This document shows positions 28,895 to 38,067 of a DNA stretch of 57,323 nucleotides, piece by piece. The notes below the pieces were generated by a model. It was not told the origin of the DNA. It did not search any database and saw nothing but the letters and a program-made list of their open reading frames with translations. This stretch comes from Candidatus Aenigmatarchaeota archaeon (GTDB lineage: Archaea; Aenigmatarchaeota; Aenigmatarchaeia; GW2011-AR5). Every line of letters starts with the position of its first letter. Positions within the stretch are counted from its first letter, which is position 1. Position numbers and translations under genes: made by a program. The stretch spans positions 1-57,323 of the forward strand of contig JAZDNV010000030.1 of NCBI GenBank assembly GCA_043799385.1, read 5' to 3'.

Positions 28895-30195
28895 ACCAAC
28901 GCCGCAACTATTAACGGGAATATTATGGTTGCATCGCCTTCAACGAACACATGATTCGCGTCTTTGTTTATCTTGCTCCAGGAAACTGCTTCTTTGGGCC
29001 TTGCGCCTGACAAAGAACCGTCATATTCGCTGCCCGTCGACACGTAAACGGCATAATCCAGACCGCCGCGAACGATGTTCACTCCGATTAGATGGTGCTT
29101 TGCAACGCCGCCACCTAGGATTATACCGCCTGTCTTCTCTGAATTATAGACCATGTCCGCCAGCTTATTCATATCAGCCGTGACGTCAATGCCAAACTCG
29201 CTGTTTTCTTTTTCGAAGTTCTTGAAAAAATATAAATCGAGACCGAGCGCACCGTCTGTTATGGCTGGGCAAAATATTGGTATGTTATTTTTAGTTGCCC
29301 AATACATTATCGAATTCTCATCGTCTATCCTCTTTCCGAGCTCAAAAATCAATTCTGACGGCGAGATCATCTTGCCGCTGCTCTTCTGTCTGCAAAGCAT
29401 TTCGGCAAAGAATGTGTGCAATTCCTTTTCCAGAATGCTGTAGCGGTCGTTCGGCACAAATATGTTTCCGATTCTGTTGACGCCGTTTCTGTGCAAATCC
29501 GCATCGTCTGCGTTGAAATCACCCAAAAGAAATGGTAATTTGGATTTTATCAAATCCTCTTCTATTGAACCCACGGACGTTATCACTACATCTACCAACT
29601 TGTTTTTTACTAAATAGGCAAAGGTTTCCCTTAATCCCGAGGAAACCATGTTTGAAGTAAAAGAGATGAATATCGTAGCATTATTCTTTTTCATCTTCTT
29701 GATTATATCGACTGCTCGTGACAGGTTTGTTGCCTGGAAACCAACATTCTTCATGCTCCCTACAAATTCTGCAATATTCTTTTTGCTGTAATCCACACCA
29801 CCTATTTTTTCATATTCCAGGGGTTCGCAACCCCTTCTCAGTAAATTCCTTCTCATCTCCTTCATTCCTAGACTTGATTTCAGGAAAGACTCAACGCTTT
29901 CGATATCGAATTCCTTGCATGAAAATATATCAACTGTTATATAGCCCTTTTCAGGATAGGTGTGGATAGTTATATTGCTCTCTGTAATTGCAACAAATGC
30001 GGTTATCCCGCGCTCATCATCACCGGGTTCATGCCTGACAACAAGTACTTCGCTTATCATTTTCATTTCTAGCATCTTGACAAGCTCTTCTATCGTTTCC
30101 TTTATTTTTCGTTCATTGTCAAGGCTATCCGAATCGCAGCCGAAGCCGTCTATTATAAAATGGTTCCCTAAACCGTGTGATGAATTAATCTTCAT
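28891..30195 (-). CDS. Fusion of pyruvoyl-dependent SpeD-like decarboxylase and deoxyhypusine synthase
   Basis: N-term G.HFIIDGFGC..ITESNITIHTYPE..VDIFSC; C-term GFQA, TSNMVSSGLRE, NRIGN, GGGVAKHH, DGSLSGARPKEAVSWSK. Confidence 0.9.
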   Translation of the reverse strand: MKINSSHGLGNHFIIDGFGCDSDSLDNERKIKETIEELVKMLEMKMISEVLVVRHEPGDDERGITAFVAITESNITIHTYPEKGYITVDIFSCKEFDIESVESFLKSSLGMKEMRRNLLRRGCEPLEYEKIGGVDYSKKNIAEFVGSMKNVGFQATNLSRAVDIIKKMKKNNATIFISFTSNMVSSGLRETFAYLVKNKLVDVVITSVGSIEEDLIKSKLPFLLGDFNADDADLHRNGVNRIGNIFVPNDRYSILEKELHTFFAEMLCRQKSSGKMISPSELIFELGKRIDDENSIMYWATKNNIPIFCPAITDGALGLDLYFFKNFEKENSEFGIDVTADMNKLADMVYNSEKTGGIILGGGVAKHHLIGVNIVRGGLDYAVYVSTGSEYDGSLSGARPKEAVSWSKINKDANHVFVEGDATIIFPLIVAALV

Positions 30196-30304
30196 TGAAT
30201 CACCTTATGATACCTAATCGTATGTAAGAAGTCGTTTATGGTTGCGTCATTGCCTTGAACGTCTTGAAAACCATGTTATAAATATGAACAGAATGCTTAA
30301 AACT

Positions 30305-31459
30305 CTATCTTCCGCTCTTTATCGAAATTATGTCCCCGTCCTTTAGTTTATAGTCAGCGGAAACGTTCTTTCCTGTCCTCGCATCTACGGCTGCTATAAA
30401 TTTTTTTCCTATGTCCTGGTGGACCTCGTAGGCAAGATCCAGCGCCGTCGCCCCTCTCTTCAACAAGAGGGCGTCCGGAAGGACATTGTTGTATTTGTCA
30501 GTGAACTTATGCTGGTCGGCAACAGGATAAACGACAATCATCCCCAGCAAGTCGAATACCGTTCTATTCAGCGTTTCCTGCACGCCGGTATTCCTTCGCT
30601 CAATGAATTTCTTTATGAAGTCTAATGCATTTTTCTGCTTATCGCTCAATTCGCCTGTTATCTCAAATGCATTAGCGCCTGGAATATATTTTATCAGATT
30701 CTCCTTCGCCGCTTCTCGCAACGCCAGCTCGATTTCTGTGGATGTTGGGATGATGTTGTATTCTTGAAATTCGCTTTTCATCTTTTCTATATTCTTCTCA
30801 GAACTAAGGACATCAACTTTATTCGCAGCTATGAGCATCGGCTTGGATATGAGCCGCAAGTTATTTATGAACCGCAATTCATCGCTCTCTCTCCAGTTCC
30901 TTGTGTTCTCGTCCAGCGAAGATTCTGACAACGCTTTTTTAATATCATTTTCATCGATGCCAAGCCCTGAAAAGCGCTTTGCCAGAATTTCAAAGAAATT
31001 CTTGTCGCTGAGTATTTTCCAGTCCTTTTCCATTATGTTCAATAGCCAGTAATCCAGTTCTCGTTCGAGCATTCGCACGTTCTGAGACGGGTCGAAACCA
31101 TCAGCAGCGTTTCCTTCGCTGTCCGTTTTTCCTGATGCGTCAAGAACATGAATGAATGCTTTCGTTTGCATTATGTCATCGAGGAAAGCGTTGCCGCGAC
31201 CGCGACCGAGATGCGCATCGGGCACGAGTCCTGCAACATCCCACAGCTTCATGGGAACAAAACGCACGCCGTCAACGCATTTCTTGCATTGCAGTTTTAG
31301 TTCGGTGCAGGGGCATTTCACGGTTACATGCGCCAATCCTTCGTTCGGTTCCAGCGTCGTGAAGGGGTACGGCGCGATCTTTACGTCTTTCAACGTTGCG
31401 GCTTTGAAGAACGTCGATTTTCCGGAATTCGGGCATCCAACCAATCCGATTTCAATCAT
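30305..31459 (-). CDS. ychF: OBG/YchF family GTPase/ATPase with TGS domain
   Basis: GCPNSGKST, YPFTT, DVAGLV, ANKVD, LPDA..TGS. Confidence 0.9.
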   Translation of the reverse strand: MIEIGLVGCPNSGKSTFFKAATLKDVKIAPYPFTTLEPNEGLAHVTVKCPCTELKLQCKKCVDGVRFVPMKLWDVAGLVPDAHLGRGRGNAFLDDIMQTKAFIHVLDASGKTDSEGNAADGFDPSQNVRMLERELDYWLLNIMEKDWKILSDKNFFEILAKRFSGLGIDENDIKKALSESSLDENTRNWRESDELRFINNLRLISKPMLIAANKVDVLSSEKNIEKMKSEFQEYNIIPTSTEIELALREAAKENLIKYIPGANAFEITGELSDKQKNALDFIKKFIERRNTGVQETLNRTVFDLLGMIVVYPVADQHKFTDKYNNVLPDALLLKRGATALDLAYEVHQDIGKKFIAAVDARTGKNVSADYKLKDGDIISIKSGR

Positions 31460-31534
31460 AAAGAAAATTTATCGAGAATGTTTAAAAACCCTCAGTTTTA
31501 AGAGCATTTCCATCATACCTTATTCGTGATAAAA

Positions 31535-32236
31535 ATGAAAATCTTGGCAATAACGGTAATGGCATTATTTCTATTTTCAGTTGCCTTAGCAATTCCAGCA
31601 GAAAACAAAGCAGATGCAAAGAACTTGGAAAAAATAGAATTCATACACTACAAGAAAGATTTTGCAAAGGCGCCAGCTAAAGCACCGAAGCCACCGACAT
31701 GCTACAAGTTTCTGACGCCAACAAAGGTAAAGTGGCAGAATACAGTAAATTATGTAATCAATCCGACAAACCCACAAGGCCTTGATGAGAACTTTGTAAC
31801 AAGTACAGTCTATAACTCAGCGGAAACATGGGATGCAGCAACATCTAAAGAATTGATGAATGGCTACACAATTGATTCTACAGCAACTTACGGAGTTCAG
31901 AACTATGTGAATGCAATAACATTCGGTAATTACCCAACACCAGGGGTGATAGCAGTAACAACAGTATGGTACAACCCAACAACAAAAACAATAGTCGAAT
32001 TCGACATGATGTTCGACACAGACTGGACATGGGGAGATGCAGCAATTGATGCAAAGAAAATGGACTTGCAGAATATAGCAACGCATGAACTTGGACATGT
32101 AGTTGGTTTGGGCGATGTCTATGACTCAGCTTGCTCAGCAGCAACAATGTACGGATACAGTTGGTATGGAGATGTTGGAAAAAGAGACTTGGCACAACCA
32201 GACATAACAGGATTGCAGAAACTGTATGGAGTCTAA
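31535..32236 (+). CDS. Secreted matrixin-like zinc metalloprotease
   Basis: Signal peptide; HELGHVVGLGD; Met-turn ATMYG. Confidence 0.85.
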   Translation: MKILAITVMALFLFSVALAIPAENKADAKNLEKIEFIHYKKDFAKAPAKAPKPPTCYKFLTPTKVKWQNTVNYVINPTNPQGLDENFVTSTVYNSAETWDAATSKELMNGYTIDSTATYGVQNYVNAITFGNYPTPGVIAVTTVWYNPTTKTIVEFDMMFDTDWTWGDAAIDAKKMDLQNIATHELGHVVGLGDVYDSACSAATMYGYSWYGDVGKRDLAQPDITGLQKLYGV

Positions 32237-32253
32237 GTTTTCTTTTTTTATTT
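32237..32253 (+). terminator. Oligo-T archaeal terminator candidate
   Basis: gttttcttttttta directly after the stop codon. Confidence 0.4.
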
Positions 32254-32264
32254 ATAATTATAAA

Positions 32265-32669
32265 TTAGTATCTTCTCGGCAGGCGCATCTCCATGTTTTT
32301 CAACCGCTCGTTTATCGTTTCCGTTTGGCTGCGTATCGCCTGAAGTTGCGCCTCGATAACGCCCAATCTTTCAGCTATATCATAATCCTTCTCGCGACTG
32401 TAATCTTTTCCATAGTCATCGCCTAGCGAAATTGGCCCCCTCTCCTTGAATCTGCTCGAACCTAATGAGGGTTCTTCAAATCTTGATTGTTCTCTAAAAT
32501 TAGTATTATCGAAACTGTTTTCAGTAGGCTCCTGAAACTCTGCCATGTCGTTCTTTGTATTGAATTTGTCTTCTTTCATATCAGGGCCCAGAACGTGGGA
32601 CCTTATATCCTCTATGTCGTCATCGCTCCTGCCAAGAATCCTGTTCTTTATCGAACTGAATATACTCAT
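32265..32669 (-). CDS. Hypothetical protein, acidic disordered region plus C-terminal coiled coil
   Basis: ERLGVIEAQLQAIRSQTETINERLKNME heptads. Confidence 0.75.
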   Translation of the reverse strand: MSIFSSIKNRILGRSDDDIEDIRSHVLGPDMKEDKFNTKNDMAEFQEPTENSFDNTNFREQSRFEEPSLGSSRFKERGPISLGDDYGKDYSREKDYDIAERLGVIEAQLQAIRSQTETINERLKNMEMRLPRRY

Positions 32670-33157
32670 CAGTCTTCCCTCGCTGTGCCAAGCGTCCTCA
32701 ATATATTTTCCTTCAGTTTGTTTATAAGGTCCTTTTCGTACTCTAAATACATTCTCCTCTGCTTATAATAAAACATGTAGTTGTAAAACCACCAGAAGCT
32801 CTTCTGTATGAAATTAGTGTACTCATATTTTGTCTCAACCCAACCGTCTATCACAATGTTCAGCCATCCTGTTCTATCCTTGCTGGACTGCGCCCCCTGC
32901 GCGCGGACCTTTGCCTTGCTGAACGTCCAGTTATCGTATTCTTTCTTGACGCGCCAGTAGCCGTAGAACGTTCTTGGGTCGTTCGTTATGTCCCATCTTA
33001 TATCCAGTTCGTATACGTCTATGCCTGTGACCTTCCACACAGCTTTCAACCAATCGGTTACTTTCGTGCAAACGGCATAGGGTTCTTTTCCCTGATAGTT
33101 TATGCTGATGAAATCCTGCGGCGCGAGCGAATCGTCAACAATCCTGATTTCTGCCAT
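32669..33157 (-). CDS. Conserved hypothetical protein, paralog of 33241-33744
   Basis: Start reassigned to ATG 33157 (MAEIRIVDD); shared aromatic pattern with neighbour. Confidence 0.75.
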   Translation of the reverse strand: MAEIRIVDDSLAPQDFISINYQGKEPYAVCTKVTDWLKAVWKVTGIDVYELDIRWDITNDPRTFYGYWRVKKEYDNWTFSKAKVRAQGAQSSKDRTGWLNIVIDGWVETKYEYTNFIQKSFWWFYNYMFYYKQRRMYLEYEKDLINKLKENILRTLGTARED

Positions 33158-33240
33158 GTAATCAACTTTTTTGGTTAAACTTCGCTGCATAAAGACGTAA
33201 ACACACAGACGCACTTTGTGCGTCATTTTGCTCACGAAGT

Positions 33241-33744
33241 TTATTTCAGCGTCTCTGCGTACTCCTTTATCGCCCTTTCGAAATTTATCAGCATGTCCCT
33301 GCCCATCGCGAGATACTCCATCCTTCGATGGTGATAGTATGCCTTGTGCCAAAACCTGCGGAGCATCTCGTATATTATATTCTGCTGCCAGATGGTGTCC
33401 TGCGGATATTCGGTTATCATCCTCGGCTTGATCCTTATCGTTACCTTTCCTTCGCCGTTTGTTGAAAACCCGCGTAGGTCGAGCTCGACAGCAATGTAGC
33501 TGAACGTATCAAGCAGCTTGTTTATCTCCCAGGCTATTTCGAAGCGCTGCGTGTCCTTCAGGTTTTCCCAGTTGTAATCCTTTTCCTGTATGTAGCCCTC
33601 GGGAACGTTGAAAATAATGCGGATTAGCTCGTTCAGTTTTTTGTAGAATTTTTCAGGGTTCTTCCCCGAAAAGTTTATCTTTATCTCCTTGGCCGGCTCG
33701 AATATGTAATCCCATATCATCAGCTTCGTCTTTGCCCATACCAT
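33241..33744 (-). CDS. Conserved hypothetical protein
   Basis: Clean 167-aa ORF; E..Y.W, Y..RRM.YL shared with neighbour. Confidence 0.75.
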   Translation of the reverse strand: MVWAKTKLMIWDYIFEPAKEIKINFSGKNPEKFYKKLNELIRIIFNVPEGYIQEKDYNWENLKDTQRFEIAWEINKLLDTFSYIAVELDLRGFSTNGEGKVTIRIKPRMITEYPQDTIWQQNIIYEMLRRFWHKAYYHHRRMEYLAMGRDMLINFERAIKEYAETLK

Positions 33745-33843
33745 AGTCTCACTAGACTATATTTATCCACCGCTTTATAAATAAATTTTTACGTGCATGC
33801 TAATCAAAATAAACATTTTTATATCAGCGGATGAAATAATAAT

Positions 33844-34176
33844 ATGCTTGAAATACTCCTAGCCGCGATACTGATTGCTTTTGGTATTCTTACAATCTTC
33901 TTTTCTGTTGAGGCAGGCGTCAGCGACCCGAAGCTCATGTTAATCCTATTCCTGGGTGTTGTATCGATTCTTGCCGGCTCGTGGATAGTTGTGCAGAAGC
34001 TGACGATATGGCTGATACTGCAGAAGCTGGCAGGCTTGGCGCTGACCGGCATCGGACTGCTACTGGTCATCGGCTTTCCAGAGTCGCGTGATTACCAGAG
34101 CAAAGAAACAGGCATAACAGGCGTTCTCATCGGGCTCATAATCCTGATTTTCGGGCTGTATCTGCTGATGTTCTAG
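33844..34176 (+). CDS. Four-TM membrane protein
   Basis: Four hydrophobic helices. Confidence 0.75.
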   Translation: MLEILLAAILIAFGILTIFFSVEAGVSDPKLMLILFLGVVSILAGSWIVVQKLTIWLILQKLAGLALTGIGLLLVIGFPESRDYQSKETGITGVLIGLIILIFGLYLLMF

Positions 34177-34232
34177 AGGCATTGCGCTTGCGATCATCAA
34201 TGGCCATCATACGAATATGCAATACAATCAGG

Positions 34233-34332
34233 TAGCTTTGTTGAAAAACTAGGCTATCATCCTGCTTCTAGCGAGGATAGCCTATTCGTCAATGGGCATC
34301 ATAAAGATGCCCATTACTTTTTCAACAAAGCT
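34233..34332. repeat. Y-shaped palindromic element, copy 2
   Basis: 15-bp IR AGCTTTGTTGAAAAA/TTTTTCAACAAAGCT, two inner hairpins, flanked by CAATCAGG direct repeat. Confidence 0.75.
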
Positions 34333-34377
34333 CAATCAGGGATAATCTTAAAATAGAAGGAAAGAGAAAAATAGATT

Positions 34378-36063
34378 ATGATTCTTTACTTGATACTCGC
34401 GGCGCTGATAGTCGCTGTCTTCGTATACATTGTAGTGACAAAGAAGCCTAAGACTGAGGAAAAGTGGGCCGCAGATTATATTCTTGACGACGCAAATTTT
34501 GAAAGGGATTCTATCTGGGGAACTGTCCGCGACCCGAGAGTAGAAAAATGGCAATACAGCGACAGAGCCGGATGGAGCCTTGTTGCTTTTCCAAGGGAGA
34601 TGCAGATAATGCTAAATCCGACAATGCCGCCTGGTGGCACTGCTGCGCTTGAATACGCACTTGTATTTCAACTAGGAAAGTGGGAGTGGAAGGTCGCAAA
34701 GGCAGATGAATGGGTTCAAGTTTCGCCTGCTCATAAAGCATATTACGACATAACGCTCAGGCAGAAAGAGGAACTGGAAGGAAAAGTAAAGACCGGCCTT
34801 GCATCAGCTGCGCAAGCGGTTGCAGACTTGGAATTATTGAAGCATGACCAGAGAAAGTACAGGGAATTCTTGGAATACTTCGGTTTGGAGTATGATAGTA
34901 ATAAAAAAGATTTTGTTGAAGCCAAGGACAAAAAGAACGAGCACGCTATGCGCGCCTTATTCATAGACATGGTTGACGTGCATACAGGAGAAGGGATATC
35001 CATGAGAAGCATTGTTAGTCGCTGGCCAACGCTGATAGTCGATTTCCAGAAATTGGGTGATGACGATACGGACGTGGACAAGATAAAGGAGAAACAAGAT
35101 GTTTCGCGAGCCGAAGCAGTCGTTCTTGTGACAAAAAACAAGCTGTACACCCAGTGGAAAAGAATGTTCGAGCCAGAGGTCAGGACAAGATACAAACGGA
35201 TTGATGAGCTTGTCAAGAGCCGTGAGAAATCACTAGTAGAGTATAGGGAATGGCTGAAGCCTTACATAGCAAGGCACAAGATGCTGGAAGACGCCCTGTC
35301 GCGCTCTGATTTAAGGGGATTCTTCAAAACATTTCACATCGCTCCTGCCGGCCAGGCCATGTCTGTGGCAAGAACAGTTCTCTGGTGCTGGCGCGACATG
35401 AAGGTTGTTGAATTCAAGAAAGGCGGCACCGAACGATTGGCAATACAGATAGGCGAGAAGACCATCGACCCGTACGATGAATGGACGAAAAAGAACCTGA
35501 TATTCCACAAAGGTCACGGGCTGATTACAAAATATCCGTGGATAACAGACGAATGGGTTAAGACCCAGAAGAAAAGGATAATTGACAGGGGCGGCTGGAT
35601 TGTCTACCCTGAGCGACTGTATTACTCTTTCATCATAATAACGATAACAAGAATGAACATAAGGCTGGCAGACGGCGGCGAGTTCGAAGATGCCATTTTC
35701 CACGTAAATGCATGCCTGATGAGCGAAAACGTGATGCTCACTAAGTTACTTGAACTTAAGGCAAAGCAGGAGGAGCTGAATCGCTACGTCGATGGTCTGA
35801 TAGGAATCGGGCCCGGCGACCTGTCAGTAGAGCAGATAGAAGGCCAGAAAAAATGGCAGAAAGAAGGCAAGCTGGATAAATACCTGGAATACGGCGCAGA
35901 CTTCTTCAGTTATTTATCAATGCCGCTTCAGTTCATGAAGCACGGGCCGTACGAGAGGGACATGAGAGACCGCATAACCAAGTATTGGCTGGCGAGCATG
36001 GCAAAGTACCGGTACGGTCCTGTAGTCAATTTCATAAAGACTAAGATGGGCGTCGGTACGTAG
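34378..36063 (+). CDS. Membrane-anchored hypothetical protein with coiled coils
   Basis: N-terminal TM, long charged helical segments. Confidence 0.8.
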   Translation: MILYLILAALIVAVFVYIVVTKKPKTEEKWAADYILDDANFERDSIWGTVRDPRVEKWQYSDRAGWSLVAFPREMQIMLNPTMPPGGTAALEYALVFQLGKWEWKVAKADEWVQVSPAHKAYYDITLRQKEELEGKVKTGLASAAQAVADLELLKHDQRKYREFLEYFGLEYDSNKKDFVEAKDKKNEHAMRALFIDMVDVHTGEGISMRSIVSRWPTLIVDFQKLGDDDTDVDKIKEKQDVSRAEAVVLVTKNKLYTQWKRMFEPEVRTRYKRIDELVKSREKSLVEYREWLKPYIARHKMLEDALSRSDLRGFFKTFHIAPAGQAMSVARTVLWCWRDMKVVEFKKGGTERLAIQIGEKTIDPYDEWTKKNLIFHKGHGLITKYPWITDEWVKTQKKRIIDRGGWIVYPERLYYSFIIITITRMNIRLADGGEFEDAIFHVNACLMSENVMLTKLLELKAKQEELNRYVDGLIGIGPGDLSVEQIEGQKKWQKEGKLDKYLEYGADFFSYLSMPLQFMKHGPYERDMRDRITKYWLASMAKYRYGPVVNFIKTKMGVGT

Positions 36064-36092
36064 TCGTTCATATTCGTAATTAGCGTGATAAG

Positions 36093-37778
36093 ATGTCTTA
36101 CAAAATCGGCGTTTCCAGCGGATGGTGGAAAATCGACAGGCCAGCGGATTTGCTCGGCCTCGCGACAAAGGTCGGCTCGTTTGGCGGCACAGCAGGCGTT
36201 AGTTTCATTCAGGCAGACCTCGATACGACTAGCGAGTTCTTCGAACCGAGATTAGTAGAGCACATGAAGAGGATAAAGAAGAAGATGGGAATGGACCTCG
36301 GCCTTCATGCAGAAGTAGGTGAATTGATGGCTCTGGAGAGCTCGGAACGTCGCATCTGGGACCAGTCGCATCTGCGGTTGGTCGAGACAGTGCGGCACGC
36401 TGCTGACCTTGACGTGAAATACATCAATGTGCATCTGTCCAACAAGCCTCAGCTGCTCTTCTTGGAAGCGCAATACCGAGTCACGGGCTACTTTTATCCA
36501 GTCGTCGGCTTTGACGGAAGGCCTCTGTACAGCATCTGCGACCAGTCAAAGGAAGCGAGAAAGATTGCAGAAAAGCACCTGATGGGCATCAACCGCCTGA
36601 TTGCCGATGACGCGCGAGAAAAATATGAAGAAATCGTCCAGGATTACTACAGGAGAGAGGAGGACAGGCTAGCAACAAAAAGAGTGCCAGAAGCACTTAA
36701 TGAGCTCAGGCAAAGCCATGACTGGAATGCAGCAAGAACCGACATGGAGCGTCAGGCTATGGAGCGTGCAGTCGAAGACAACACAAGGAGGAGAATACAT
36801 GATGAAGTTAACAGGACGATGGAGCTTGAGGCGCCAAAACTCTTGTATGAGGTCTGGAGATACGCCCAGAACGCGAAATACAACATAGAGACAGCTGAGA
36901 TAGCTGCCTACAACATAGTCGGAGCGTACATGAAGGAAAAGGCAGACCCAATCTGGAGTTCTCTTTGCGGCAGTGACGACCCTGAAAAAGCTTACGTGGA
37001 AAAGCATCCTGCGTTCAACGCAGCTGTTGCTGCCAGATATATTAGGGGGCATCTTGAAGTGAAATGGCCTGACGTGAACAAACGATTGCTCGACGGCATG
37101 AGCGTGCTAGAATGGCTGGAGAAAAAGAAAATCGTGCTTGCGTTCGAAATTCCAGAAGCGCAGGAGGGCCATGAAGGCCTGTTGCGGTTGTTCAACCCGC
37201 TGGACGGCGATTTGATGATAAGGACTATAGGCTCGCCGATGCTTAAACTATGTATCGATTTCGAGCACATGCTTGCGCACAAGCTCAAGGTCGAGGACTT
37301 CATAAAAAAGGCGCCTGCTGACATCGGAAAAGATATATTGCTATTTCATATCGGCAAACCGATTCCATATTTCGGCATGGCGCACGCACCGATTCCGATA
37401 GGCTCGCGCAGTCAGGAGATAATCTACGGCTGGCTCTACCAATTCAGAAAGAAAGGCTTCAGAGACGGCTATCTTATTTACGAGCGCGGCGGCGGAAAAT
37501 CAGCATTCGAGATTATGCAGAATTCAGTCTGGGTCATGCGGCAGCTAGTGAAATATCTTGAGCTGGACACAGACCCTGATAAATTGCCGGCTGACTTCTA
37601 CGGCGTTGCCGAGCAGACAAAAGAGATATACGCAAGGCAGTTCGTGACGATGCGCGAGCACGCCTGGGACCCACTTGAGGGATTATTGACCGTGCCTGAA
37701 GAGAAGCACACGTTCTTCAGCAAGGCCGCAGTCGACAAGCAGAAGGGCGAACTCTGGGAAAAACGGAAGTATAGGTAA
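36093..37778 (+). CDS. Xylose isomerase/AP endonuclease 2-like TIM-barrel protein with large helical insertion
   Basis: LGLHAE, INVH, LAFE, CIDFEH, LFH, AH, LIYER metal-ligand pattern. Confidence 0.65.
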   Translation: MSYKIGVSSGWWKIDRPADLLGLATKVGSFGGTAGVSFIQADLDTTSEFFEPRLVEHMKRIKKKMGMDLGLHAEVGELMALESSERRIWDQSHLRLVETVRHAADLDVKYINVHLSNKPQLLFLEAQYRVTGYFYPVVGFDGRPLYSICDQSKEARKIAEKHLMGINRLIADDAREKYEEIVQDYYRREEDRLATKRVPEALNELRQSHDWNAARTDMERQAMERAVEDNTRRRIHDEVNRTMELEAPKLLYEVWRYAQNAKYNIETAEIAAYNIVGAYMKEKADPIWSSLCGSDDPEKAYVEKHPAFNAAVAARYIRGHLEVKWPDVNKRLLDGMSVLEWLEKKKIVLAFEIPEAQEGHEGLLRLFNPLDGDLMIRTIGSPMLKLCIDFEHMLAHKLKVEDFIKKAPADIGKDILLFHIGKPIPYFGMAHAPIPIGSRSQEIIYGWLYQFRKKGFRDGYLIYERGGGKSAFEIMQNSVWVMRQLVKYLELDTDPDKLPADFYGVAEQTKEIYARQFVTMREHAWDPLEGLLTVPEEKHTFFSKAAVDKQKGELWEKRKYR

Positions 37779-37827
37779 AGAAAATAATTTTAACTACGTT
37801 TGTTTATATTCTGTAGTATTTTACTCT

Positions 37828-38013
37828 TTAAACAAAATAAGTAAAGTAAATCACAACAATAAAAACCATGATAAAATCTATAATTAAAGCATATCCAAAC
37901 CATTTCTTTATTTGTTTATGTTTTTCTAAAACTCCGATATAATCTAATCCATGTGCTAACAGCCATAATGACAAACCGAGTAAAGTAATTGATAATTCCG
38001 GTCCAAATGACAT
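37828..38013 (-). CDS. Small two-TM membrane protein
   Basis: 61-aa ATG ORF in an AT-rich stretch. Confidence 0.55.
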   Translation of the reverse strand: MSFGPELSITLLGLSLWLLAHGLDYIGVLEKHKQIKKWFGYALIIDFIMVFIVVIYFTYFV

Positions 38014-38067
38014 ATTCTTTATTTATTTTGAATAATTAAATATTTTTATTTAATTTAAAATATATTT

